Shown here in pieces: positions 21,103 through 33,900 of a stretch of DNA of 64,000 bases (positions within the stretch are counted from its first letter, which is position 1; each line of letters begins with the position of its first letter). Under the pieces are notes generated by a model, which had not been told where the DNA came from, did no database searches, and was given only the letters and a program-made list of their open reading frames with translations. Where the stretch lies: contig OY970178.1 of the NCBI GenBank assembly GCA_963707915.1, positions 1,376,001 to 1,440,000 on the forward strand, in the 5' to 3' direction. The stretch comes from Candidatus Eiseniibacteriota bacterium (GTDB taxonomy: Bacteria > Eisenbacteria > RBG-16-71-46). The position numbers and the translations under genes were made by a program.

Positions 21103-21714
21103 TCAGCCGGCGGTCATCAGGACCGCGAAGAGCACCAGCCAGACAGCATCCAGGAAGTGCCAGTACATCGAGAGGAGCACGACCCCGCCGTGATGATCGG
21201 GCGTGTAGCGCCCCTGCCCGGCGCGGCGCGCGGCGAGGGCCATCGGCACGAGTCCTCCCACCACGTGGATCCCGTGCAGGCCCGTCAGGAGGTAGAAGGT
21301 GAAGGCGTAGAGGTTGCTCTGGGCCGGCAGGTTCTCCACCCGCAGCAGGTGGACCCAGTTCAGGACCTGGCTGACCAGGAACGCCGCCCCGAGCAGTGTC
21401 GTGCCGGCCAGCCAGCGCACGAGGGCGCGGGACCGGCCCGCGCGGGCGCTTCCCAGGGCCCGGTGCATCGTGAGGCCGCTCAGGAGCAGGAGCAGCGTGC
21501 TGATCCAGAGCCCTCCGGGGAGTCGAGGGCTGCCTTCGGGCGGCCAGGTGGGCGCACGCATCCTCACGGCCAGGTACCCGACGATGCTGGCCAGGAAGAG
21601 CATCCCGATGGCGACCAGGAACAGGGTCATCCCGAACCGGGCCCGCTCGGCCGCAGCGGTGCCGGAATCCGCCGGGCGCGGGCCTTCGGTCTCAGGGACG
21701 GATGGCGGGCGCAT
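21103..21714 (-). CDS. Cytochrome c oxidase subunit III-like (second copy)
   Basis: FYLLTGLHGIHV, YWHFLDAVW. Confidence 0.9.
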   Translation of the reverse strand: MRPPSVPETEGPRPADSGTAAAERARFGMTLFLVAIGMLFLASIVGYLAVRMRAPTWPPEGSPRLPGGLWISTLLLLLSGLTMHRALGSARAGRSRALVRWLAGTTLLGAAFLVSQVLNWVHLLRVENLPAQSNLYAFTFYLLTGLHGIHVVGGLVPMALAARRAGQGRYTPDHHGGVVLLSMYWHFLDAVWLVLFAVLMTAG

Positions 21715-22087
21715 ATCCCGGGATCATCTCCGGCTGGTAGCTCTGCGTGTCGAGGAGGGCCAGACCCACGAAGAGCGTGACGAATACCAGGGCGGCAAGC
21801 AGGATGACGGCGTAGACCGGACGGTCGTAGCGCAGGTGCATGAAGTAGAGCGCCACCAGGCAGGCCTTGGTCGTGGCGATCACCATGGCGAGCCAGAGAT
21901 TCATCCCCCCGAGGTCGACCTTCGCCGCCGCGAGGGTGAGCCAGGTCAGCAGGGCGAGCACGGCCCAGACCCCGAGCAGGATCCCGGGGGAAAGGACATG
22001 CCCGAGGGCAGGCCTGCCGGAGACGCGGACCTCTCCTGCCCCCTGCGCCTGCCCTGACTGACGGTCGTGCATCGTCGACTCGCTCAT
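21692..22087 (-). CDS. ctaF: caa3-type oxidase subunit IV
   Basis: IATTKACLVALYFMHLRYD. Confidence 0.88.
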   Translation of the reverse strand: MSESTMHDRQSGQAQGAGEVRVSGRPALGHVLSPGILLGVWAVLALLTWLTLAAAKVDLGGMNLWLAMVIATTKACLVALYFMHLRYDRPVYAVILLAALVFVTLFVGLALLDTQSYQPEMIPGYAPAIRP

Positions 22088-22142
22088 CTCTTCCGTTCCG
22101 TGCGGGGCCGTCTCCGGCCCGGTTCGGTCGACTCCCTCCGGC

Positions 22143-23024
22143 TCAGCGGATCAGGTAGAGCAGGGGGAACAGGTAGATCCAGATCATGTCCACCAGGTGC
22201 CAGTAGAGCGCGGTCAGCTCGACCGGCGTGAAGTACGCGGCGCCGAACTCACCCCGAAGCGCCCGGCGCAGGAGCCAGACGAACGCGGTCATGCCCGCCA
22301 CGACGTGGAGGGCGTGGAGCCCGGTCATGGCGAAGTAGATCCCGAAGAACACCTGGACGTTCCGGGGCCGTTCCCCTGGCATCCCCTCGGTCCCGGACGC
22401 ACCCGCGCGCCCGGCGCCCAGGCCCCGCTCCGCCGGGGCCAGGCCCGCTGGACCTCGAGCCGCCAGGGGAATCGTCGAGTGGACGTCCATCGGGTCCGCG
22501 CTCGTGGCCGGAACGGCCGAAGCGACGTTCCCCGGCGGGAGGGATCCCGCAGGCGAGGCGCGCTCGCGGCCACGGACGGCGGCCTCGACCGGATGGAACC
22601 TGCGCCCCCAGAGGAGCCCGTGCTTCCACTTCTGCTCGTACTCCACCGCCTTGATCCCGAGGAAGCCGCAGGCGCAGAGCAGGGTCGCCAGGATCAGGCC
22701 GATCAGGAGTCTCCGCTGGCCCAGCTGGGCGGCGCGCACGGCCCAGGCCGCGGTCAGGCTGCTCAGGATCAGGATCAGGGTGTTGATCGCGCCGAGCGAC
22801 TTGTCCAGGAAGCGGTGCGGCGTAGACGAAGATCTCGGGGTGGTTGGCCCGGTAGACGGCGTAGGCGCAGAAGAGCCCGGAGAAGAGGAGGATCTCCGTG
22901 GCCAGGAAGAGCCACATCCCCGTCTTGGCCGATTCGTAGCTGCCGTCTCGGATCGTCCGAGCTCCGGGGCCACGGTCGCCCGCGGAGCGCCGGGATCGGC
23001 CGGCATGGAGACCGTCCGACTCAT
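22143..23024 (-). CDS. ctaE: Cytochrome c oxidase subunit III (frameshifts near 22820 and 22940)
   Basis: [42 protein letters not shown]; contains a ~70 aa low-complexity insert. Confidence 0.9.
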   Translation of the reverse strand: MSRTVSMPADPGAPRATVAPELGRSETAATNRPRRGCGSSWPRRSSSSPGSSAPTPSTGPTTPRSSSTPHRFLDKSLGAINTLILILSSLTAAWAVRAAQLGQRRLLIGLILATLLCACGFLGIKAVEYEQKWKHGLLWGRRFHPVEAAVRGRERASPAGSLPPGNVASAVPATSADPMDVHSTIPLAARGPAGLAPAERGLGAGRAGASGTEGMPGERPRNVQVFFGIYFAMTGLHALHVVAGMTAFVWLLRRALRGEFGAAYFTPVELTALYWHLVDMIWIYLFPLLYLIR

Positions 23025-24696
23025 CCCCGATTCACCCATCCCCCCACCCGCTCATCGAAGGTCAGTCCGGTGAAGTCGTAGGGATCCCCCACCACCGGCG
23101 GCTCCGCGAAGTTGTCGTGCGGCGGCGGCGAGGCGCAGTGCCACTCCAGTGGTTCGCGCCCCAGGGATTGGCCGGGGCGGCCCGGCCCCGGAGCAGCGAG
23201 TGGATCAGGTAGACCGCCGCGATCACGAAGCCGACCGCCAGGAGGTAGGCGCCGACGGTCGAGATCCGGTGGTAGGGGATGAACTCGGGCAGGTAGTTGA
23301 AGTAGCGCCGCGGCATGCCCATGGCTGCCCATGATGAACTGGGGGAAGAACGTGAGGTTGAAGCCGACGAAGATGAGCACGACGGCGATGCGGCCCCACT
23401 TCTCGTTGTACATCCGGCCGATCATCTTCGGCCACCAGTAGTGCAGGCCGGCCAGGAAGGCGATGACCGCTCCCGCCCATCATCACGTAGTGGAAGTGGG
23501 CCACGACGAAGTAGGTGTCGTGCAGGTGGACGTCGGTCGCCAGCGCGCCGAGAAAGAGCCCGGTCAGCCCGCCGATGGCGAAGAGGAAGAGGAAGGACAG
23601 CGCGTAGAGCATCGGGGTGTCCAGGCTGATCGAGCCCTTGTACATCGTGGCCAGCCAGTTGAACACCTTGATCGCCGGACGGGATCGCCACGGCGAACGT
23701 CAGGAAGCTGAAGATCAGTGTTGGCCAGCGCCGACTGGCCGCTGACGAACATGTGGTGCCCCCAGACCAGGAAGCCGATCAGCGCGATGGCGACGGAGCT
23801 GAAGGCGATGAACCGGTAGCCGAAGATGTGCTTGCGGCTGAAGACCGAGATCACCTCGCTGATGATCCCCATGCCGGGCAGGATCATGATGTAGACCGCC
23901 GGATGGGAGTAGAACCAGAAGAAGTGCTGGAAGAGGATCGGGTCGCCGCCCAGCCGGGGGTCGAAGATCCCGACCCCGAGCACCCGCTCCACGATCAGGA
24001 GCAGGAGCGGTGATGCCCAGGACCGGCGTGGCCAGGACCTGGATGATGGCCGTGGCGTAGAGCGCCCAGAGGAAGAGCGGCATCTTGAACCAGGTCATGC
24101 CCGGCGGACGCATCTTGTGGATGGTGACGATGAAGTTGATGCCGGTGAAGATCGAGCTGAAGCCGAGGACGAAGACCCCGAGCACCATGGCGACGACGCG
24201 GGTGTTCGTGGTGGTGCTGTAGGGAGTGTAGAAGGTCCAGCCGGTGTCGACCCCGCCCAGCACGATGGACAGGACCGCCAGGAGAGCCCCGGCCACGTAG
24301 AGGTAGTAGCTGCCCAGGTTCATCCTGGGGAAGGCCACGTCCTTGGCCCCGAGCATGAGGGGCAGGACGAAGTTGCCCAGGGCCGCGGGGATCGCCGGGG
24401 ATGATGAAGAGGAAGATCATGATCGCGCCGTGCAGGGTGAAGATCCGGTTGTAGATGTCCGCGCTCATGATCGTGTGCCGGGGCTCGAGCAGCTCGGTGC
24501 GGATGAGCATGGCGAGGATGCCGCCCAGGAGGAAGGCGGAGAGGATCGAGACCAGGTACATCACGCCGATCCGCTTGTGGTCCAGCGTGAAGATCCAGGA
24601 CCGGAACCCGTGGGCGTGGGTGAGGTAGTTGTCCGGCGGGGCCGCAGCAGTCGAGGCCGATTCTCCGATTCCCGGCGACGTGTTCATGGCGTTCAT
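23021..24696 (-). CDS. ctaD: Cytochrome c oxidase subunit I, type A2 (about 7 frameshifts)
   Basis: [57 protein letters not shown] spread over consecutive frames. Confidence 0.95.
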
Positions 24697-24763
24697 GGGC
24701 TCCTATGGCCTTCGCCCCGGCCCGCGATCCCCGGGCGCGGAACGCCGGCAGGCGGCGGTTGGG

Positions 24764-25752
24764 CTACCGCACGGTCTTCAGGTACTCGATGATGGCCGTG
24801 ATCTCCTTGTCCTTGATCCTCCCCTTGAAGGTCGGCATCACCGGGTCGTATCCCGACCACGATCTTCGCCATCGGCTCCAGGATCGACTCGCGAACGTAG
24901 TCTTCGTCGGCCGTGACCCTCCTGCCGTCCGAGAGGGGCACGGAGCTCCCGAAGAGGCCCTTGAAGGTCGGACCGATTCCGGCCTTGCCGTCCACCGAGT
25001 GGCAGCTCGCGCAGCCCCGCGTCTCGTAGAGCCGCTGCCCCGCCTCGGCCGGGGGCAGGCGGTCCACGAAGTTCGAGGCGCTGGCCAGCCACTTCTCGAA
25101 ACCTCCCGGCTCGTGCACGACGACCTCGGAGAGCATCCGGGAGTGCCCGGCCCCGCAGTACTGCGGAGCAGATCAGGGGGTACCTGCCCGGCCTGGTGGC
25201 CTGGAACCAGGCCTTGTTGTAGCGCCCGGGCACGACGTCCTTCTTCAGGCGGAAGGCCGGCACGTAGAGCAGTGGATCACGTCCTCGGAAGTCATGACCA
25301 GGCGCACCGGCGTGTTCACCGGCACGTGCAGGGTGGCGTCGGTGTACCCGTTGGGGTAGGTGAACTGCCAGGCCCACTTCTGCGCCGTGACCAGGATCTC
25401 GTAGGCGTTCTGCGGCGCGACGCTCATGTCCAGGTAGGTCTTGAAGCCGAAGTAGAAGATGACCAGCACCAGGACGAGCGGGATGATGGTCCAGGTCAGT
25501 TCCAGCGCGATGTTGTGCGTGGGGGTCGCCACCGCCTCCACCCCCGGCCGGCGCCGGTAGCGCACGACGAACAGCGTCATGAGCACGACCACGAGCAGGA
25601 AGAAGACGACGGAGATGATGAGGATGAACTCGAAGAGTCGATCCACCTCGGGCGCAAACGTCGATCCCTGGACCGGCATCCAGAGGCTCGGGTCGCCCGC
25701 CCGCCAGGAGGAACGAGGCGGGCAGGCCGATCCCATGGAAACCACCGCTCAT
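24764..25752 (-). CDS. ctaC: Cytochrome c oxidase subunit II with C-terminal cytochrome c (caa3), frameshifted
   Basis: LELTWTIIP, QKWAWQF, SEDVIH, CuA C..YCG.GH..M across a frameshift, CASCH heme motif, VMPTFKG. Confidence 0.92.
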
Positions 25753-26669
25753 GAACCCGTCCCCGCTTCGCCGGCGCGCCCCTTCGACTTGAGGCTCTCG
25801 CCCAGCCAGAAGCCGAGCAGGACGACCGCCAGGATCCCGGCGGCCGCTCCGCCCACCACGCGCATGATGGCCAGGGCGACCGGCGCGTAGCGACCGGCGG
25901 CGGCGTCGTAGTGGAAGCAGTAGAGGACCAGCTGGTCGAGGGTGGTGCCGATCTTCCCCTGCGAGGCCTCCAGGAGCCCCAAGCGCAGCGTCTGCCGTTC
26001 GTATTGGATCCCATAGAGATAGCGGGAGAGGCGCCCGTCCGGGGTGCAGAGCATCGTCACCGCCGTGTGCATGAACTGCCGGGTCTTCGGGTCGTAGCGG
26101 TAGCCGAACCCGACCGCCCGGGCCAGCGCGGTGATGCTCTCCTGCCTGCCGGTGAGGAAGTGCCAGCCCGCCCCGGCGCCCGGACGTCCGTAGGTCTCGA
26201 GGTAGTTCTCCTTCTTGATCCGGGCGAGGGCCGGGGTCTCGGCCGGGTCGATGCTCACCGTGACGATCTCGAAATCCTTCCCCATTCGCCAGGCGAGCCC
26301 CTTGATGCCCTCGACCACGCCGTTCAGGACCAGCGTGCAGAGCATGGGACAGGTGTAGTAGGCCAGATTGAGGATGACCGGGCGCTTCCGCTCGAAGTAC
26401 TCGCCCAGGCGGACGGTTCGCCCCTCTTCGTCGGCGAAGTCCAGATCGAGCGGGAGCCGCGCGTCAAGGTGCTCGGTGATTCCGACCCCCTCCAGCTCCT
26501 TGGGCAGCGGCTCGGTGCGGTCCTTCTCCGTCACGGCTCCCGGAGGCGGTCCCGGGGCGGTCGGGCCGGCGCCCGCCCCGAGCGATCCGGCCGACCCGAC
26601 GGCCGCGGCCGTCCCCGGCGGGCCCGCGAGGACCAGCCAGAGCAGGATGGTGACGGCACCGCGCCTCAT
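25749..26669 (-). CDS. SCO1/SenC copper chaperone
   Basis: YYTCPMLC, WHFLTG, FMH, YCFHYD. Confidence 0.92.
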   Translation of the reverse strand: MRRGAVTILLWLVLAGPPGTAAAVGSAGSLGAGAGPTAPGPPPGAVTEKDRTEPLPKELEGVGITEHLDARLPLDLDFADEEGRTVRLGEYFERKRPVILNLAYYTCPMLCTLVLNGVVEGIKGLAWRMGKDFEIVTVSIDPAETPALARIKKENYLETYGRPGAGAGWHFLTGRQESITALARAVGFGYRYDPKTRQFMHTAVTMLCTPDGRLSRYLYGIQYERQTLRLGLLEASQGKIGTTLDQLVLYCFHYDAAAGRYAPVALAIMRVVGGAAAGILAVVLLGFWLGESLKSKGRAGEAGTGS

Positions 26670-26992
26670 GGCGCCGCCTTCTTGGCTCCGCCTTGCTCCC
26701 GCACGATCAGCTCCATGGCCCGCTCGATGGGGATCGCGACGACCCCCTTCCGGGGATCGATCCATCGGTAGGAATGAAGCTCCTCCAGCTGCTGCGCCCG
26801 CAACCGCGCCAGCTCCTCGGGGACCTGCGAGTCGACCTTGCTGACCCGCTCCGCCTCCTGCGCGTTGTAGAAGAAGGCCTGGAGAGCGACGATGATGACG
26901 AACACGAGCAGGGTCCCCACCACCGTGACCACGATGGTCATGGGAGCCCGGGGGTCGTCCTCTCTCGATTCGGTCCGTGTCAACGCGCCCAC
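26666..26992 (-). CDS. Small membrane-anchored protein of ACIII-caa3 clusters
   Basis: Single TM helix; LHSYRWID..KGVVAIPIERAMEL; lies between actF and SCO. Confidence 0.7.
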   Translation of the reverse strand: MGALTRTESREDDPRAPMTIVVTVVGTLLVFVIIVALQAFFYNAQEAERVSKVDSQVPEELARLRAQQLEELHSYRWIDPRKGVVAIPIERAMELIVREQGGAKKAAP

Positions 26993-26993
26993 C

Positions 26994-28208
26994 TCAGGCG
27001 TTCTCGAAGGCCAGCGACTCCGCCAGCCGGGGGTCCTTCAGCGGGATGAGCGGACGGTCGCGCAAGCGCCAGGCCGTCCCTGCCAGGCAGAGCCCTCCGA
27101 CCCCGAGGGCGCAGGTCAGGTCCAGCAGGTGCAAGGGCACCCTCCCGGGGCTGACTCCGGGCATGACCAGCCAGTAGACGTCCACGTAGTGCATGAGGAG
27201 CACCCAGGCGGCGATCGGCCCGAAGAGCTTCGGCCTGCGCTTGACGAAGCGCGGCAGGAGGAGGACGAAGGGCAGGAGGAAGTGCCCGAAGAGGAGCAGC
27301 AGGCTGACGGCGGTCCACTGGCCCGTCTGCCGGGCCAGGTACCAGGCGGTCTCTTCCGGGATGTTGGCGTACCAGATCAGCATGTACTGGGAGAACGCGA
27401 TGTAGGCCCAGAAGATCGTGAAGGCGAAGACCAGCTTGCCCAGGTCGTGGTAGTGCTCGTCGGTCACGGCCCCACCCAGCCGCCCCGACCGCTGGAGGAG
27501 AGCCGCCAGGATGGAGAGCAGGGCGAAGAACCCGACCACCGCCGCCGGAGAAGACGTAGACGCCGAAGATCGTGCTGTACCAGTGCGGGTCCAGCGACAT
27601 CAGCAGATCGACGGAGGCGAAGTTGGAGGGTCACGGCGAAGAGGACCATCCCGGGGGCGCTGGTGCGCTCGCGCTGCAGGGTCCAGCGCGGATCCCCGGT
27701 CCTCCTCCTGGCGGAGCGAGCGGGTCCAGAAGTAGCGGGCCAGCCAGATCCAGAGGCGAAGTAGACGACCCAGCGGACGACGAAGAAGGGCGGGTTCAGG
27801 TACGGCTGCTTGGCCGCCGTCAGCGGGTCCGCGGCCAGCGACCCTGGCGTCGGCCCAGGGTAGAGCGCCCGCAGACCGAACAGGAGCGGCAGGAAGAGGA
27901 GCGCCAGGAGCGGCAGGTTCATGGCCAGGGCCTCGGCCAGCCGCCGCACGACCACGCTCCAGCCCGCCCGCACGAGGTGCTGCAGCAGCACGAAGAACAG
28001 CGCGCCCAGGATGAGGGTGAGGAAGAAGGCGAAGGCCACCAGGTAGGAGTGGAGCAGCCCGCTGGAATCCATCGTGGCAGGCGAAGCCCAGACCCAGGCT
28101 GGCGGCCAGCCCGACCACGCCGACCACGAGGCCCGTCCACGTCAATCGCGGGCCCAGGCCTTCGAGCCTGGCCCTGATCGCGTCGCTCTCCACCCTGTCC
28201 GCTCGCAA
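26994..28208 (-). CDS. actF: Alternative complex III subunit ActF (frameshifted)
   Basis: AGWSVVVRR.AE, MSLDPHWYSTIFG, HYHDLGKL, YIAFSQYMLIWYANIPEET. Confidence 0.92.
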
Positions 28209-28220
28209 GCCTCCTCCTCC

Positions 28221-28915
28221 TCAGCGCAGCGCGGGGCGCAGCTCGGGCGGCACATCGTCCACCGTGGCGTGCCGGCTTCGCTGCAGGGCCCGGACGTAGG
28301 CCACGATGGCCCAGCGGTCGCGCTCCGGGATCTGCGCGCCGTAGGCCGGCATGTTCCGGATGCCGTTGGTGATCGTGTTGTACAGGTGGCCGACCGGGCG
28401 GTCCACGACGAGATCACCGGTCAGGTCGGCAGGCGGAGCCCAGGTCCCCTCCTGCAGGCGGTCCGCCCGCACGTTGACGATGCCGTCCCCCCGGCCGGCC
28501 AGGCCGTGGCAGGGCGCGCAGTAGATGTCGAATCGCTCCTGCCCCCGCCGGAGAGACTCCTCCGTCAGCGGCACGGGGAAGGTCTCGGCCCACCGGCCCA
28601 CACTCTGGCCGCGATGGAAGAGCGTGTCCAGGCCGGCCTCCCCCCGCGCCACCGCCCCGGCCACCGGGGGACGCATGGCCCGTCCATCGGCGAAGAGGGG
28701 GTTGCCGCTCTGGGCCTTGAACTTCGGCTGCTGATCCATGTCCGGGATGATCTGGATGGCGCGTATGCGGCGGGTCGGTCACCGCGCGCTTCCGCGCGAT
28801 CAGGGCGGGCGGCACGAGGGCGAGCACGGCCAGGACGCAGAGGGCGGGCACGACCCAGCGCGGGCAGGGGGCCCGAAGGGGAAGGCTTGCGACCGCCGGT
28901 ATCCATCGGGCTCAT
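28221..28915 (-). CDS. actE: Alternative complex III monoheme cytochrome c ActE (frameshifted N-terminus)
   Basis: DMDQQPKFKAQ, FADGRAMR, RFDIYCAPCHG, MPAYGAQI..DRWAIVAYVRALQ. Confidence 0.92.
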
Positions 28916-29454
28916 TCCTCCACCAGCTCGACGTGGACGCTGCCCAGGCACTCGAGGAAGTCCTGGACCGGCTCAGCCGTCGAACTTCGGATCCCGCGCC
29001 TCGATGCTGATGAAGAACCGGTCCTGGGTGGCCCGGCGGAACCGCTCGCTGGAGAAGAGTGGATGGTGGTACTCCGGCAGGAGATTGAAGGCCAGCATTC
29101 CGAGGAAGGCCCCCAGCGCGCTGAAGAGGACCGTCAGCTCGAAGAAGATCGGGATGTTGGCGGGCAGGCCGAAGAGCGGCTTCCCGCTGATGAGGAACTT
29201 GTAGTCGACGCCGTTCATCCACCACTGCATGAGGAGGGCCAGCCCTCCCCCGATCAACCCGCCCCCCAGCACGACGAGCGGAAGCCGGGTCGTGCGGATC
29301 CCCATGGCGTCGTTCAGGCCGTGCACCGGGAAGGGAGCGTGCGCGTCCCAGCGCTGGAATCCGGCGTCGCGGCACCTGGGCCGACGCGGCCAGCAGGTCC
29401 TCGACGGTGGCGAACTCCGCCAGCAGGCCCCACACCCTGCGCGTTCGCCTTCAT
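28912..29454 (-). CDS. actD: Alternative complex III subunit ActD (DUF3341), frameshifted
   Basis: GLLAEF, PFPVHGL, ISGKP, IPIFFELTVLF, RATQDRFFISI. Confidence 0.9.
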
Positions 29455-30948
29455 GGCCTTCTCCCCTCCAGGAGCCTCCGGCAGTGGCTGACGTCGTGCT
29501 GCTGCGGGATGTCGCCGTGATAGTCCCCCTGCCCCCGGTGCCCCGCCTCGTCCAGGCGGGCCTGGGGCATGACGCTCTTGACCTCGGCCATGGCCACCAT
29601 CGGGAGGTACCGGAGGAAGAGGAGGAAGAGCGTGAAGAAGAGCCCGAAGGAGCCGGCGAAGGTCAGGACGTCCACGTAGGTCGGCCGGAAGTATCCCCAG
29701 GAGGAGGGCAGGAAGTCGCGGCTGAGCGAGGTCACGATGATGACGAACCGCTCGAACCACATCCCCACGTTGACCAGGATCGACCACCACCAAGAGGACC
29801 CAGAGGTTGGTCCGCGGCCTTCTTCGACCAGAAGACCTGCGGCACGAGCACGTTGCAGATGACCATGATCCAGTAGGCCCAGGCGTAGGGCCCCAGGGCC
29901 CGGTTGAGGAACGGTGAACCTCTCGACCGGATTCCCGCTGTACCAGGCGGTGAAGAACTCGACTGCCATAGGCGAAGCCCACCATGGCTCCCGTCGCGAG
30001 CAGGATCTTGGCCATGTTCTCGAGGTGGCGCAGCGTGATGAGCTCCTTGCAGCCCGAAGAACTGGCGCGAGGGGATGAGCAGCGTCAGCACCATGGCGAA
30101 GCCGCTGAAGATCGCCCCGGCCACGAAGTAGGGCGGGAAGATCGTGGTGTGCCAGCCCGGCGAGCTGGGAGACGGCGAAGTCGAAGCTCACCACCGAGTG
30201 CACGCTGAGCACGAGCGGCGTGGCCAGGGCGGCCAGGAGCAGGTAGGCCACCTCGTAGCGGTGCCACTGCCGGTTCGATCCCCGCCAGCCCAGGGCCGAA
30301 CAGGCCGTAGACGAACCCCCGCATCTTCGTCCGGGCCCGATCGCGCAGGGCGGCCAGGTCGGGGATCATGCCCATGTACCAGAACATGAGCGAGACCAGC
30401 GACGTAGGTGCTGACGGCGAAGACGTCCCAGAGGAGCGGGCTGCGGAAGTTGGGCCACACCGAACATGGTGTTGGGCAGGGGGAAGACCCAGAAGAGCAG
30501 CCAGGGCCGCCCGACGTGGATGGTGGGGAACAGCAGGGCGCAGATCACGGCGAAGATCGTCATGGCCTCGGCGAACCGGTTGATGCCGGTGCGCCACTTC
30601 TGCCGGAAGAGGAAGAGGATGGCCGAGATCAGGGTGCCGGCGTGACCGATCCCGACCCAGAAGACGAAGTTGGTGATGTCGAAGGCCCAGCCGACCGGGA
30701 TTGTTCAACCCCCAGACTCCGACCCCCTTGAAGAAGAGGTAGCCGATCATCGCGAGGAGGACGGCGGTGAGCGCCGAGGAGATCCCGAAGGCGATGTACC
30801 AGGCCCGGGGCGGCCTGGGCCGCTCCACCACCCCGCAGACCTTCTCGGTGACGGTGGTGAAGTCGTTGTCCCCCAGGACCAGCGGCTGGCGGATCGTCGG
30901 GTCCTCCACCGTGGTGGTGTCGAGCACCGCCGCTCGTCCGTCGCTCAT
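29451..30948 (-). CDS. actC: Alternative complex III subunit ActC (NrfD/PsrC family), frameshifted
   Basis: [55 protein letters not shown]. Confidence 0.95.
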
Positions 30949-33900
30949 CTCAGCCCCTGGTCCCTCGGCTCCCCCGGGTTGCGCAGCCGGGCCAGGTAGG
31001 CGTGCGCGGCTTGATGTTCAGCTCGGCCAGCACGTGCGTAGGAGCGGGGCAGCGCCCTGCAGGCTGGGAGACCCGGCTGGCCGGATCGCTCAGGTCGCCG
31101 AAGACGATGGCCTGGGTCGGGCAGGTCTGCGCGCAGGCCGGGACGATCTCGCCGTCGCGGAGGGCCCTGCGCTCGTTCTTGGCCGCGATCTTCGCCGCCT
31201 CGATCCGCTGCACGCAGTAGGTGCACTTCTCCATGACCCCGCGGCTGCGCACCGTGACCTCGGGGTTGTAGGCCATCTTCTCGGGTCGGCGCGACAGGGC
31301 CTTGCGGTAGTTGAAGAAGTTGAACCGCCGGACCTTGAAGGGACAGTTGTTGGAGCAGTAGCGGGTGCCGATGCAGCGGTTGTACACCATGACGTTCAGG
31401 CCCTCGCGCATCGTGCATGGTGGCGGCGACCGGGCACACCTGCTCGCAGGGCGCCATCTCGCAGTGGGCGCAGGCCACCGGCTGGTGGGCCACCGCCGGC
31501 TCCTCCGGGTCGCCCACGAAGTAGCGGTCGACGCGGATCCACTGCATCTCGCGTCCCCGCCGGACCCGCTCCTTGCCCACGACCGGGACGTTGTTCTCCG
31601 CGGTGCAGGCGACGACGCAGGCGTTGCAGCCGGTGCAGGCCGTCAGGTCGATCGCCATCCCCCAGCGGTGCCCCTCGTACTTCGTGCTCCTGCCAGAGCG
31701 AGACCAGCGGGGGATGCTCACTCCGTTGGCCCGCGAATCCCGGATGCTCCCGGTACTCGGCCAAGCGTCCCCTCGCGCACCAGGACGGGCGCGCGCCGGC
31801 CGGTCTCGCGCTGGCCCACCGTGTCGATGGCGTGGTGGTCCTGGGTGCAGGCCAGCCGGTACCGGCGACCGGTCCGGGACAGGGTCAGACCCCGACCGAA
31901 GTCCAGGGCCCCGCTGGTCCGCAGCCGGAATACGTCGAACCCGGCCCCGTTGCCCACCCGACCCGCCGCCGTGCGGCCGTACCCGAGGTGCACGGTGGCA
32001 GAGTAGGGCGCCTGTCCCGGCATCACGTAGGCCGCCATCACGAGCTCGCGCCCGCGATACTTCAGGGTGACGAGGTCGTCCGCCTGGATGCCCAGGGCAG
32101 CCGCGGTGGCAGGGCCCGAGCAGGATGGCGTTGTCCCAGGTGAGCTTGCTCAGGGGTCGGGGCGTCTCCTGCAGCCAGCCATTGTTGGCGAAGCGTCCGT
32201 CGTAGGCGCTCGCGTCGGGGCAGAAGACGATCTCCAGGTCGTCCTTCCCCGGCGCGGGGACCGGGGGCGCGGGCTCCGAGAGCGCGCCGGCCAGCCGGTC
32301 GAGGGCGAGCGGAGGGTTCTCGCGGGCCAAGGCCGTTCCGGCAAGGATCCCGTCCTGGACCGCCGTCCGCCAGAAGGCCTCGAAGCCCGCGGAGCCGGCC
32401 AGGGGCTCGAGCGTCCGCCGGACGATGTCGTACCCGCTCTGCAGGGAGTCCCCGGTGATCGCCGCGAGCAGCTCGATCGGGGTCTTGCCCTCGTAGAGCG
32501 GATCGATGAGCGGCTGTACGACGCTGACCGTGCCGTCCCAGGAGCGCGCGTCGCCCCAGGACTCGAGGTAGTGGGCGCGCGGGATGTGCCAGGATTCGCC
32601 GCTTCCAGCCAAGACGCGCTGCGCCGTCTCGTCCTGGTAGAGCCCGAGGTGGATCCCGTGCGGGACGCGTCCGAGGGCTTCGCCGAAGCCGAGGTCGACC
32701 GGTGCGTCGTAGACCGGATTGCTTCCCAGCAGGAGGAGGGTGTCCACCCTGCCCGCGCGCATCTCCTCGACCAGTGAGCGGAGGGATTCCAGCTGGGAAG
32801 GCGGCGCCGGACGGCCCGGGTCGTCGCCGGGCGCCCCTCCCTCCCCTTCCATGGTGAACTGCACGGTCTGCCCCGCGTTGCCCAGGACCTGGTTGACCAG
32901 GTGGGCGATGGCGTGGACCTCCGCCGGCTGCCGCGGCCCCACCACGACCACGCCCCGTCCGGCGTGCCGGACCAGGTCCCGCGCCAGGTCCCGAATGAAG
33001 GGCGGCCCCGCGCCCGTTCCCGATCCTCGGAGGCCCGCCAGGACCGGAGCGATCCCCACCGGGAGATGCGTCCCGAGGGAATCGAGCACTTCTGCGGCCA
33101 ACTGCCTTGCCAGGATCGGCACCTGGGAACTGGGAACGGCACGTCGGTGGTCCGCGTTGGCCCCGGTGATCGAGTAGGCGCTCTCGAGCACGTAGAGTCG
33201 GTTCATCCGGCCGGCTTCGGCCCGGCGCCCCCGGGCGAACTCCCTCGCATGCCGCACCGCCGCCGGATGCTCGTACAGGAAGTCGGAATCGAGGGCGACG
33301 ATCAGGTCCGCCCGCTCGAGATCGAGCTGGACGCGATAGGGCCGTCCGAAGGCAATGCGGGCCCCGGCCCGCTCCCGGTCGCGCGAGACCGGCTCCCACT
33401 CGCACCACCGGGCGCGGGGGAAGAGCCGCAGGAACCGCGCGCGCATCTCCGCGAGGCTGAGGGAGGAAGATTCCTCGCCCAGGACCGCGAGCCCCTCCCC
33501 GTCCCGGGCCCGCAGCGCGGAGAAGTGGGCTCCGGAGAAGGCGGTGAAGTCGTCCCAGGTCGCGGGGAACCGTTCGTCCCCCTGGCGGCGCATCGGCGTC
33601 TGGCTGCGATCGGGATCGTAGAGACCGAGCACGCTCGCCTGGGCGCGGGCATCCGCCGCGCCGCCGCTGATCGGGTGGATCGAGTTCCCTTCCACCTTGA
33701 TCGGCCGCCCGTCGTAGCTGGTGACCAGGAGCCCGTGGGCGACGCCCCCGAGCTCCATGGCGGTCGCGTACTGCTGCGGAACGCCGGGGATCCGGTTCTC
33801 CGGTCGGTGAGCGAAGGGAAGGATGTTCTGGCGGGGCCAGCGGCACCCGGCCAGCCCGGCCAGGCACAGCGACGCTCCCATGAGCTGCAGGAATCCCCTC

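Noticed and set aside
22143..32110. Pseudogenised or programmed-frameshift respiratory operon
   Set aside because: No slippery heptamers or consistent homopolymer context at the breaks read, catalytic motifs are intact, and extra bases sit at allele-ambiguous codons; an assembly artefact is more parsimonious
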